NCBI GenBank assembly: GCA_044222475.1
Contig: JBGANF010000032.1
Location: 1 to 64,000, forward strand
Reading direction: 5' to 3'
DNA: 64,000 bases
DNA from: Polyangiaceae bacterium
GTDB lineage: Bacteria > Myxococcota_A > Polyangia > Polyangiales > Polyangiaceae
How positions within the stretch are numbered: the first letter of the stretch is position 1; every line of letters begins with the position of its first letter. A program made the position numbers and the translations under genes. The notes under the pieces are model-generated. The model made no database searches. It was not told the origin of the DNA and saw only the letters and a list, made by a program, of their open reading frames with translations. Positions 9,653 through 19,594 of the stretch are shown in pieces.

Positions 9653-9918
9653 GAACCGGCCTTCGCATCATTCGTTCCAACGACGCGCCCCAACGAAATC
9701 AACGACTTCGAAGGACGGAGCGGTGGCGCGCCACTACGAGCGCCACCAGCCGCGCCACCTGCGGGACATGGGAGCCGGCTAACCATTCTGGCCGAGCCCG
9801 GGGGTAGAGCCCTTCTCGGACTTTTGTTAGCCAGCAGCCGAAAACCGCGAGGGCGATCCTCGCGCGCCGGTGGCTCGGGCGATCAGCCTGCGGTGGCGAT
9901 ACCGGTGAACGTCGGGGA

Positions 9919-12900
9919 TCAGGGCGTCACGAACGCGACGTCACCCGTGACGTCTTGTTTGACCTTGTCGGTCTCGCGATAGAAGTTCGTCACCTGCGCG
10001 CTTCCCGGCACGAAGCGCGGGAAGAACCCGCCGAACCGGTTGGTCTGCGCGGCGGCCTTCGCCGTCCACTTGTGCGTCCCCGCCGATGCCGGCGCGCCAG
10101 TCGTGACACGGAGCTTGCCCGCGGTGGCGTCCTGGTAGGCGACGCGGACGATTCCGCCGCCGTCGACGTCGATCGTCGAGTCGTCGCCGACGATGTGCTT
10201 TCCGTCGGCGTAGGGTTTGCCGTTGTCGTAGCCGTCGTCGACGATCTCCGGCGCAAGGGGCTTCCCAGCGCCGCCAGGCCACAGGAGGTACTGGAGCGTC
10301 TCCTTGATGCCGTTGACGTAGGAGACGTGCCAGTCGCCGTTGGCGGTGATCGTCAGCGATGCGCCGATGCCGGTGTCTCCGGTGTCGATCGCGTTCGGCC
10401 GCACGCCCGTCTCGCCGTCGAGGATGGTCGGGGTCCATTTCCCGCCCGCGTTCGCGAGGCCGATGAGGTTGCCACGGATGCGGTCGTACATGACGATGCC
10501 GAAGCCACCCTTCGGGTTGGCCGCGAGGCTGATGTACGCGCCGTACGCGTTCGGGTAGGCCTGCACCGCCTCCTTGCCGAGGATCGCCGTGCACGTCGCC
10601 TTGCCGTTCACGTTGACGCATGCGTTGCCCGTCCCGCAGTCAGCCGGGGTGCAGCCCGTCGTCGTCGCGGTGCAGGTGCCCGTGGACTTCACGCACGCCT
10701 GCGCCGAGTCGCAGAACGCGGCTTGGCACGGACCGTTCTCGTCGACCGCCGCATCCTCGAACGACCAGTCCCCGCCACCGGTCGGCAGGGCCTTGTTCGC
10801 CTTTCCGACGACGACGCGCGAGCGCGTCTTCCCGCCGATGCCCTTCTCCATGACGAGGAACGCGATCACCGGGTTGCCGGCGACCGTCACCATCTTCACG
10901 TAGCGCCCGACATCGGCGTTGGGCCGGTTCTGGATGACGTAGACGCCCCACTGCGAGCCGTCCCAGAACGCGCCCTTGAGCTGCTTGTTCGTCGCGTCGT
11001 AGTACGCCGCGATGGGGTGACCTCCGTCGTCCACAGTGAGCGCGCTCCAGAGGCCGACGTCATCACCGGCGTCGGTCGCGCCTTTGCGCCACCCGCGCGG
11101 ATCGTTGACCGGGCACGTGCCGTCGGTCGGGGCGGGCGGGAGGCCGTCGAGCGTCAGCCACTGGACCTTCTGCTTGCCCGAGTCGTACTTGCCGATGACG
11201 AAGTCACCGTAGAGCACGTTCATCCCGTCGCTCAGGTAGGCATCGTTGTATCCTGCAACCCACGTCGTGCCGTCCTTCGCGACGGCGACCGAGGTGTAGG
11301 CGCCGATCAACCCTTGAGCGAGCGGCGCTTCGCAGACCTGGTTGCAGTCGGAGCCGCAGCCGGTACCGACCTGCGCATCGTCCCCGCAGGAGCAGCCGGG
11401 GTACATCGACGCGATCGCCGCGACCGACGCGATCGTGAGCAGCGTGCCGCGGCTGCGCATGCGCTTCGGTGCCGGCGGAGCCGGCGGCGCGGCCTTCGCC
11501 GTGCGGCGGCGGAGGCCGAGACCGAGCAGCGCGGCGAGGGCCGGCAGGCCGAAGAGCCAACCGCCCTGAGCCTTCGTGCCCGGGGTGCTGCAGCCGCAGC
11601 CGCCGGCGGTGGTGAGCGTTCCGTCCGGCTTGCCGCGGATGAGCGCCGACGTCTGGCTGGCGACGTTGCCTTCTTCGTCCTTCACTTCGACCTGGACGGA
11701 CGACGACGAGACGAGGGTGGCCTTCGCGATCGGAGCGACCGAACCCCAGTCGCTCCACGGACCGAGCGTGCCGGTCGCGTCGGCGACGCGCGAGCGCATC
11801 TTGAGGGACGCCTCGTCGGAGACGATGTCCCACGCCTTGACCGCGAGGTCGCCCGAGTCGGCCGCCTCGAGCGTCACCATCGGTGCGAGCACGTCGATCG
11901 TGAACGGCACGTCCGCCGGGGTCTGCGACTCCGACTGATCGATGCCCTTCTCGCGCGCGTACACGTGGAGGACGTGCTTGCCCTGGAGGAAGAGCGAGTC
12001 GTTCTTGATGACGAAGTTCTTGTCGGTCGACCACGCGCTGCGCGTGCCCTGGTCGACGTTGTACGAGTACTCGACCACGTGCGCGCCGTTGTCGAGCGAC
12101 GACCCGAACTGGACGTGGAGCTCGGGGAGCTTCGCGCGGTCCGCGGTGGAGAGGCCCATCGCCTCCGGGTGAACCGTCTTGTCGAGGATGCGCGCGTTGA
12201 CGTCCGCCTGCTGGATGGCGTTGCCCTTCGCGAGCGTGAGGTTCGCGAAGATCGCGAGGAAGTCGTCGCTGTCCTTCGTGAGCTTGCGGATGCCGCCGTC
12301 GGGGATGGTGAGCCCGAGGCCGTAGCTCGCGAGGCTCGACGTCAGGTCGATCGGCTTCAAGCTGCCGAGCGCCTGACCGATGATGCTGCCGAAGAGCGGG
12401 CCGATCGCGCCGGCGACGATGGCCGGGTCGTCGGTGAGGACGTCGGAGTTGGTCACCTTGGCGTTCTGGACGCCGATGTCGCCGAGGGTCGGGAGGAGGC
12501 CGCCGTTCGGGTTCTTCTGCGCGTCGATCGCGGTCGAGAGGTTGATCGGGACCGTGAGGTCACCGGTGAACGTCATCGCGCGGATGAAGCGGTCCATGCT
12601 CCAGACGTAGAAGTCGACGGAGAACCCGTTGAGCTGGATCGTCATCAGCGGGTCGGTCTTGATGTTGGTGCCGCCGCCGAGCTTCACCTTGGGCGGGCTC
12701 TGCGGGCGCGTCGTGATGGCGACGGGCGCCGCCTTCTGCTCGAAGGTGAGCTTCTTCATCCCGGGGATGAGCACCGAGAGCAACCCGCTCTGCAGCTGCG
12801 CGAACTGCTCGGTGGAGATGCCGAGGCAGAGGAAGCCCGAGTTGTAGACGCTGCCGAAGGTGTAATCGAGGTAGCGACCAGCGAGCGCGATGCCGAGCAT

Positions 12901-14144
12901 CGGGCCGGCCGGATCGCTCCACGGCGTCACCGTGTTCGAGAGCATCTCGTCGGGGATCGGGATGCCGGTCGGGATCTTGTTGTCGAACGCGGGAACGCAC
13001 CCGCTCTGCGGGACGGGCTTCGCGCCGCCGAGGAACGCGAGCGTCATGCCGTTGCCGGTCTGACCTTGTCCGTTGGGTGGGTCTTTCACGCCGGGTGACT
13101 TCGACGGGATCATGTCTCCGCCGCCAGCGAGCACGAAGTCGAGACCACCTCGGAGCCCGGCGAAACGCTCGCGAGGAAGCCCGCGAGGTTGATGTTGCCG
13201 TCGAGGCCGAGGAGCGTCGGCACGCAGGTGCCGGGCTTCGACGTGTACTCGCAGACCTTGCCGGCCACTTGCGAGCCGGTCGGGCACTGCGGGTTCACGT
13301 TCGGGTTCGGCGCGGTGCAGGTCGAGCTCTTGAGCGTGTCCTTGAGGGTCTTGACGAGCGGGCCGCTGATCTGACCGGTGACGAGGCCCTTGATCGCGTT
13401 GAGGAAGGCGTTGCAGACCGGGGTGAAGAACCCGCAGCCCTTGCAGAACTGGATCTTGTTGTTGTCGATCGTGGGGTTGATGACGGCGTTGTCGACGTCG
13501 ATCTTGGTGTAGCCGTCGCGCGGGCTGATCTTCTCGCTGACGAGCGGCAGGATGATCTCGATGGGGAGCGCCCACCAGTCGACGTTCGGCGTGCCGCCGT
13601 TGCAGCCGCCTTCGCCGACGCCGATGTTGACCGCACCGAGCACGCTCACGTCGACCGGGAGGTTCTTCACGCGGATCGGGATCGTTCCGGCGATGCGAAT
13701 CGCCGGGAGGCCATTGGCGCTCACGTAGTTGGCGGCGTCGAGGCGGAGCTTCGCGTTGCCGAGCTGGATCTCGGCGCGGCAGGTCGGCGGGTTCGCGTTC
13801 GGGTTCGGACCGCCGGGACAGACGTGGAGCTTGACGTCGATGCCGAGGAACGAAGCGACGGTCTGGTTGCCGCCGTCCGGGATGTCGAACGTGACGACGC
13901 CGCCCTGCGAGTTTGGGACCAGCTTGCCGGCCACCGTGCCGATGTTCGTCCCGATGAAGTCGAGACCGGCGCGGGTCACGCGCACCGACGCCGAGTTCTG
14001 GATGGTGTCGGCCTTCGGGAAGCCGCCGGGGAGGGGCTTCGTACCGCAGCTCGAACAGCCGCTCGAGCAACCCCCGCCGCTACAGGCGACGATGAACGTG
14101 ACGAAGAGGACGGCGAAGAGCTGTCGCCAAAGTGAACGAAGCAT
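9919..14144 (-). CDS. About 1400-aa surface protein: lipoprotein signal, BPI/LBP-like region, internal MYXO-CTERM, second signal and beta-propeller-like domain; 1-bp frameshift near 13150
   Basis: GGAGG RBS and ATG 14144 (MLRSLWRQLFAVLFVTFIVAC). The plausible frame switches from track ORF 13110..14699 to 9919..14070 at ...SVSPGSE/GGLDFVLAG. GGCGCSTPG...LLGLGLRRR lies at about 11500-11605. Confidence 0.8.
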
Positions 14145-14361
14145 GAGACCTCCAGATGGCGGATCGACCCCCGAGTGCGTCTGAAAGACGGGGCCCGGAT
14201 GGCCGCCGAACACCGACCTGGAGTTTACACCATCCACCCCGGCGCGCGCCCGCGGAAACGGCCATCTTGTCCCACAAAAGCGAGCAGCCGCGCATTCTCC
14301 GAGAAGGAGAAGTGCGCGGCTGCAACGCGGTGCGTCAGCGAGGCTGGCGAGCTGGCGAGCG

Positions 14362-15480
14362 TCAGTCGGTGGTGGCGTCGCCCGCACCGGCGTCGGTCGT
14401 GCTCGAATCCGTGCCGCCGTCGGTCGGCGGGGGCGTGATGCCGAGGCAGTTCGGGTCGCCCGTGCCGTCGTTGATCTTGATCGCCGAGGCGGCGAACGTC
14501 GCCGCGAGCCAGAAGCTGTCCTTGCAGCCGCCCGGGGACTTCGTCGTCGAGCAGTAGTCTCCCTCGCCGTCGATCTTGCCGCCGATGCGCTGGCACTTGT
14601 TGTCCGGTCCCTTGGGCTTCTGCGTGAGGATGACGCAGAGGCTGGATTGGGTGACGGAGACGTCGACCTTGTCGGCGTCCTCGAGGGTGATGAAGCCACC
14701 GATCGACCCGCCCGTCTTCCACGGCTGGCAGGTGTCGGGGTCGATGATGCCGCAGGTGTCGTCGAGCGCCTTCGGGTTGAACCCGCCGATGCAGTTCCCG
14801 CCGTTCGTGATGGTGGCGCTCTTGAGCACCGCGTCGCTGATCGGGAGGATGACGACGTTCTTCACGTCGCCGCCGACGAAGATCGGCACGTTGAGGCGCG
14901 GGATCGGATCGGTGCTGAAGGTGTCACCGGTGAGCGTGACCTTGACCTGCTCCGGCTTGATGTCGGTCCCGCCGACCATCTGCTTGTAGAAGCAGAAGCC
15001 CTTGTTGACGACGTCGGTCGACGGCGGCGCTCCGCCGGTCGTGAGCATGCTCGCGGTCTTGTCGAGGCGGATGAGCCAGTTGAAGGCGCCGTCGCCCTTC
15101 TCTCCGCAGGTGGGCGAGGCGAGGTCGACGCCCTTGGTCACGACCGAGTTCTGGATGACCGGCGCGGCGAGGGTCTTCGGAGCGACGACGAGCAACCTGC
15201 GGACGCGGAGATCGACCGTGGTCTTTCCGGTGTTGTCCGCGAGCGGCTTGCAGGTCGTGGTGTCACCGCAGGTCGCCTTGTCGCCGATCTTGCACGCGGT
15301 TCCGCTGCCGGGGCAGCTGTTGTCCGACGGATCGCAGTTCGGCGCGGGGAAGCCACCCGCGGTCGCGGAGCAGCCCGGCGTCGGCGTCGGGGTGGTCGTC
15401 GTCTTGTCGGAACAGGCGACGAAGATCGCGACCGACACGGCGGCGGCGCCCAAGAAGATGAAGCCGAGGCTCTTACGCAT
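14362..15480 (-). CDS. Cys-rich hypothetical lipoprotein
   Basis: MRKSLGFIFLGAAAVSVAIFVAC lipobox, many paired cysteines, DAG-rich tail; GGAGG RBS. Confidence 0.8.
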   Translation of the reverse strand: MRKSLGFIFLGAAAVSVAIFVACSDKTTTTPTPTPGCSATAGGFPAPNCDPSDNSCPGSGTACKIGDKATCGDTTTCKPLADNTGKTTVDLRVRRLLVVAPKTLAAPVIQNSVVTKGVDLASPTCGEKGDGAFNWLIRLDKTASMLTTGGAPPSTDVVNKGFCFYKQMVGGTDIKPEQVKVTLTGDTFSTDPIPRLNVPIFVGGDVKNVVILPISDAVLKSATITNGGNCIGGFNPKALDDTCGIIDPDTCQPWKTGGSIGGFITLEDADKVDVSVTQSSLCVILTQKPKGPDNKCQRIGGKIDGEGDYCSTTKSPGGCKDSFWLAATFAASAIKINDGTGDPNCLGITPPPTDGGTDSSTTDAGAGDATTD

Positions 15481-15522
15481 GATGTGAATCCTCCCAAATC
15501 GAAGTCAAAAAGGTTCTTAGCA

Positions 15523-16461
15523 TCAATCGGCGACGTGGAGCGCGCCGCCATAGTCGACCATGCTGACGAACCCGTCGAGACGGGCCCGCAGGTCGCTCCG
15601 CGACGCCGCCAGGAGATGTCGCGGCCCGATGCCTTCGACGCAGAACGACGCCAGCGACGCGGCGAAGAACATCGCTCGGCGGAGCGCGGCGGGGGACGCC
15701 TCGCGGTGCGAAGCGAGGTAGCCGACGAGTCCGCCGGCGAAGCTATCGCCCGCGCCAGTCGGATCGACGACCTCTTCGAGCGGGTATGCGGGGACGAAGA
15801 ACGTGCCTGCGTCGTCGAAGAGGAGGGCGCCGTGCTCGCCGCGCTTGATGATGACGTTCTTCGGTCCGCGCTTGCGGATGCCACGCGCGGCCCTGACGAT
15901 GTTGTGCTCCTCGGAGAGCTGCCGCGCCTCTTCGTCGTTGATGACGAGGAGGTCGACCTTCTTCAGCACCTCGGCGAGGGCCTTCGGCTCCCCCGAGATC
16001 CAGAAGTTCATCGTGTCGGCGATGATCATCTTCGGCCGCTCGACCTGCTGGAGCACCTCGCTCTGGAGCGCGGGGTGGATGTTCCCCAAGAGGAGGAAGC
16101 TCGAGCTCTTGTACGCCGCCGGGATCTTCGGACGGAAATCGGCGAACACGTTGAGCTGCGTGTCGAGCGAGGTGCGGCTCGCGAGGTCGCTCGAGTAGCG
16201 GCCTCGCCAACGGAACGTCTTTCCCTTCGCGCGCTCGACGCCGGCGGTGTCGACGCCGCGCTCGCGGAGGGCGTCGAGGTGGGCTTCCGCGAAGTCGTCG
16301 CCGACGACGCCCACGAGGCGCACGGGGGCGAGGAGCGAAGCAGCGATCGACGAGTACGTCGCCGCGCCGCCGAGGACGTTCTCGAACACGCCGGTCGGCA
16401 TCTCGAGGTCGTCGAACGCGACCGAGCCGACGACGAGGATGGAATCTTTTGCAGCTTGCAC
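15523..16461 (-). CDS. PfkB family carbohydrate/nucleoside kinase
   Basis: LGGAATY, INDEEA, VDPTGAGDSFAGG. Confidence 0.93.
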   Translation of the reverse strand: MQAAKDSILVVGSVAFDDLEMPTGVFENVLGGAATYSSIAASLLAPVRLVGVVGDDFAEAHLDALRERGVDTAGVERAKGKTFRWRGRYSSDLASRTSLDTQLNVFADFRPKIPAAYKSSSFLLLGNIHPALQSEVLQQVERPKMIIADTMNFWISGEPKALAEVLKKVDLLVINDEEARQLSEEHNIVRAARGIRKRGPKNVIIKRGEHGALLFDDAGTFFVPAYPLEEVVDPTGAGDSFAGGLVGYLASHREASPAALRRAMFFAASLASFCVEGIGPRHLLAASRSDLRARLDGFVSMVDYGGALHVAD

Positions 16462-16495
16462 GTGGATGCTCCGAAAAAAGGGACGCCGGTCCTTA

Positions 16496-17383
16496 CTACG
16501 AAAGGTCCGGCATGAGCCACCGAAGTCGTGCGCGGGCCTCCGCCGTCGAGGCCCCGGGGGCGGTCATGACGGCGCCGCGGAGGGCGCCGTGCGCCCGGCT
16601 GGCCTTCGGATCCGGGAGGATCCCAGCGAGCTCGCCGAGGGCTCGCCGAGCGGTCGCCACGTTCTTCGACATGACCGCCATGACGGCCTCGACCGAGACC
16701 TGCTCCTCCGAGACGTGCCAGCAGTCGTAGTCGGTCGCGAGGGCGATCGTGCAGAACGGGAGCTCCGCTTCCCGGGCGAGCTTCGCCTCCGGCATCGAGG
16801 TCATGCCGATCACCGACACTCCCCACGAGCGGTAGACGAGGCTCTCGGCGCGGGTCGAGAAATGCGGACCCTCGATGCAGACGTAGGCGCCGCCGCGGTG
16901 GACCCCCGCGCTGCCCTTCGCGTGCACCTTGGTCGATGCAGTCGCGGCGGCACCCGCGAGGCGATCGCACACCGGGTCGGCGAAGCTCACGTGGGCGACC
17001 ACGTCGTCGAAGAACGTGGTGACGCGGCGCTTCGTGAGGTCGATGTACTGATCGACGAGGACGAAGTCGCCAGGGGTGATCTCCTCCTTCATCGAGCCGA
17101 CCGCGCTTACGCTCACGAGGTGGGTCGCGCCCGCCATCTTCAGCGCGCAGACGTTCGCGCGGTAGTTGATGCCGTGCGGCGGCACTTTGTGGCCACGCCC
17201 GTGGCGAGGGAGGAAGAGCATCGTCACGTCCCCGCTGGGCGTCGTCAGCGTGCCCTTCACGATGGCGTCGCTCGGCGCGCCGTAGGGCGTATCGACGCGG
17301 AGCTCTTCCACGTCGCGCAGGCCGTCCATCTCGTAGAGACCGCTCCCGCCGAGGACGGCGAGCGTGTGCTTGGCTTGGGTCAC
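16496..17383 (-). CDS. mtnP: S-methyl-5'-thioadenosine phosphorylase
   Basis: GGSGLY, TPYGAPSD, RHGRGH, EGPHFSTRAES, GMTSMPEAKLARE, TDYDCWH. Confidence 0.93.
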   Translation of the reverse strand: MTQAKHTLAVLGGSGLYEMDGLRDVEELRVDTPYGAPSDAIVKGTLTTPSGDVTMLFLPRHGRGHKVPPHGINYRANVCALKMAGATHLVSVSAVGSMKEEITPGDFVLVDQYIDLTKRRVTTFFDDVVAHVSFADPVCDRLAGAAATASTKVHAKGSAGVHRGGAYVCIEGPHFSTRAESLVYRSWGVSVIGMTSMPEAKLAREAELPFCTIALATDYDCWHVSEEQVSVEAVMAVMSKNVATARRALGELAGILPDPKASRAHGALRGAVMTAPGASTAEARARLRWLMPDLS

Positions 17384-17400
17384 GAAATCCTCCGTTGCTT

Positions 17401-18087
17401 CTACGACTTCTCGTCGTCGTCAGACTCGCCGCGATCGGCTTGCGACGCGGCTTCGATCGTGCCGTGACGGAGGAACTCCTCCGCGAGCGCGGCCTTGCGC
17501 ACCCGGCGCGCGCGCTCCGCCAAGACGATCGCGCGAAGCGTGTCGAGCGCGCGGTCGATGTCGTCGTTCACGAGCACGTAGTCGAAGAACCCGTAGTGCT
17601 CGATCTCCCCGAGCGCCACCTTGAAGCGCCGCTGCACGACGTCCTCGGTTTCGCTCGCCCGGCCGCGCAGCCGCCGAAGCAGCTCGGGCATCGACGGAGG
17701 AAGGATGAACACGCCGACCACGTCGGGGACCTTCGCGCGGATCTGACGCGCGCCCTGGTAGTCGATGTCGAAGATGATGCCGCCGCAGCCAGGGGCAGCG
17801 CGAGCGGCGTCGATCTCGGCGATCGATGTACCATACAAGTTTCCGTGGACCTCGGCCCACTCCATGAAAGCGCCCTTCGCGACGTGCGCCTCGAAGGTCG
17901 CGCGGTCGACGAAATGGTAGTCGCGCCCGTCGACCTCGGACGGGCGGGGCTTCCGCGTCGTGTGGGAGACGCTGAAGCGGAGCTCCGGGTGCTTCTCCTT
18001 CAGCTTCTTCGTGAGCGTGGTCTTGCCCGCGCCGCTGGGCGACGAGAGGATCAGCATGACGAAGTCCGAAGCCGGCACGCTCACCAT
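17401..18087 (-). CDS. gmk: Guanylate kinase
   Basis: SSPSGAGKTT, SVSHTTRKPR, EVHGNLYGT, DIDYQGA; follows yicC. Confidence 0.96.
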   Translation of the reverse strand: MVSVPASDFVMLILSSPSGAGKTTLTKKLKEKHPELRFSVSHTTRKPRPSEVDGRDYHFVDRATFEAHVAKGAFMEWAEVHGNLYGTSIAEIDAARAAPGCGGIIFDIDYQGARQIRAKVPDVVGVFILPPSMPELLRRLRGRASETEDVVQRRFKVALGEIEHYGFFDYVLVNDDIDRALDTLRAIVLAERARRVRKAALAEEFLRHGTIEAASQADRGESDDDEKS

Positions 18088-18124
18088 CGGGAAGGGGAGC
18101 GAACGTATCATTACTCCGTGGACC

Positions 18125-19000
18125 TCACTCGACGTTCTGCACCTGCTCGCGCATCCGCTCGATCTCGGTCTTGAGGGCGACGACGGCGTGGGACGTGGGC
18201 GCATCCTGCGCCTTGGACCCGAGGGTGTTCGCCTCGCGCGCCATTTCCTGGAGGAAGAAATCGAGCTTCCGTCCCGAGGGTCCGGGCGCACCGAGGAGTG
18301 TGCAGAGCTCCTTCGCGTGCACCGCCAGGCGGCTCAGCTCCTCGCTCACGTCGCAACGGTCGGCTAGGAGCACGATCTCCTGCTCGAGCCGACCCGGCTC
18401 CACCGTCACGTCGAGCTCGGTCTTCCATCGCTCGGCTCGTTGGGCGAGTCGTTTGCGCTGCGCTTCGCGGGCCTCGGGCTCGCGCGCGGCAATCGAGGAC
18501 ACGAGACGCCCGACCTCCGTGCAGCGAGCGCGGAGCTCGGCTTCGATGGCGGCTCCCTCGCGGGTCCGGGCTTCGTCGAGCGCGTCGGCGGCGGCCTTGA
18601 ACGCCCCGAGGGCTCCTTCGCGCAGGCCCTCGCAGTCGCCGCACTCGGCGAACAGCTCGGGCACGGCGCCGAGGAGCGACAACGGGACCTCGGCCTTGGG
18701 GGCGAGCTCGTCGCGGAGCGCGACGAGCGAGGCGAACGCGGCGCGCGCGCGTCCGACGTCGAGCGCCGGGGCGATCGTGATCCCTTCGACGCGGAACGAG
18801 ACGTCGACCCGTCCCCGCGGGATGCGATCGCGGCACGCTTGCTCGAGGAGCGCGTTGACGTCACCGAGCTCGCGCGCCGCGCGCACCCGTACGTCGAGGA
18901 AGCGGTGGTTGACCGTGCGGATCTCGACGAGCGCTCTCCCCACTCCCGTGGGAGTGCGGATCTCGTGGGCCCCCGAGCCGAACCCCGTCATGCTCCGCAT
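18125..19000 (-). CDS. yicC: YicC/YloC family endoribonuclease
   Basis: MRSMTGFG, RTVNHRFLD, GRKLDFFLQEMAREANTLGSK, REQVQNVE. Confidence 0.95.
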   Translation of the reverse strand: MRSMTGFGSGAHEIRTPTGVGRALVEIRTVNHRFLDVRVRAARELGDVNALLEQACRDRIPRGRVDVSFRVEGITIAPALDVGRARAAFASLVALRDELAPKAEVPLSLLGAVPELFAECGDCEGLREGALGAFKAAADALDEARTREGAAIEAELRARCTEVGRLVSSIAAREPEAREAQRKRLAQRAERWKTELDVTVEPGRLEQEIVLLADRCDVSEELSRLAVHAKELCTLLGAPGPSGRKLDFFLQEMAREANTLGSKAQDAPTSHAVVALKTEIERMREQVQNVE

Positions 19001-19015
19001 GCGACACCTGCGAGT

Positions 19016-19528
19016 CTAGGCGAGACCCTTCTTGCGTTTCACGATCTCGAGCATCCGTCCGTACTCGATGTCCCAGTCGCGCGTTCCTTCGCGCATGTGC
19101 TTGAGCTGGGCGCGGACCTCGGCGTCGAGCTCGGTGTCCTCGCCCATGTGGCGCTTGAAGATCGGAGCCATCTTGCGACGGAGCTCCACGTTCTCGGCGA
19201 AGATCTCGTCGACGTTGGCCGAGTGCTCGAAGATCTCGACCACTTGATCGAGGAGGTAGTCGAGCGCTTCGTCGCCGACGCGGATCCCCATCGACTCGGC
19301 GATCTGCGTGCGAACGCGGTTGAAGTCCGAAGGCCCGCGACCGGTGCGCTCGAGGAGCTCGCGCGTCTTGTCGTTGACCTCCTTCTCGGCGGAGAGAAAC
19401 GACTTGAGGACGGACTCGACGTCGAGCTCGACCTCGCGCGGTCGCTCCGTCTCGATGTCGCCGGCCTTGGTGAGGGTCCGAACGACCTCGGTGGCGATGG
19501 GGGTCACTCGGGCGGCGAAGAGGCGCAT
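19016..19528 (-). CDS. DUF507 family protein
   Basis: MRLFAARVTPIATEVV...ALDYLLDQ...DEIFAENVELRRKM...EGTRDWDIEY. Confidence 0.8.
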   Translation of the reverse strand: MRLFAARVTPIATEVVRTLTKAGDIETERPREVELDVESVLKSFLSAEKEVNDKTRELLERTGRGPSDFNRVRTQIAESMGIRVGDEALDYLLDQVVEIFEHSANVDEIFAENVELRRKMAPIFKRHMGEDTELDAEVRAQLKHMREGTRDWDIEYGRMLEIVKRKKGLA

Positions 19529-19594
19529 GGGCTCGGGTAGGCATAGCCCGTCAAGGTGGCGTTCGTCGCGGACTTTTTTGATATCGTGGGGCCC

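Noticed and set aside
9919..14070. The track's 1383-aa ORF as the true protein
   Set aside because: Its first roughly 305 residues are an Arg-rich off-frame reading; the real N-terminus is in the frame starting at 14144.
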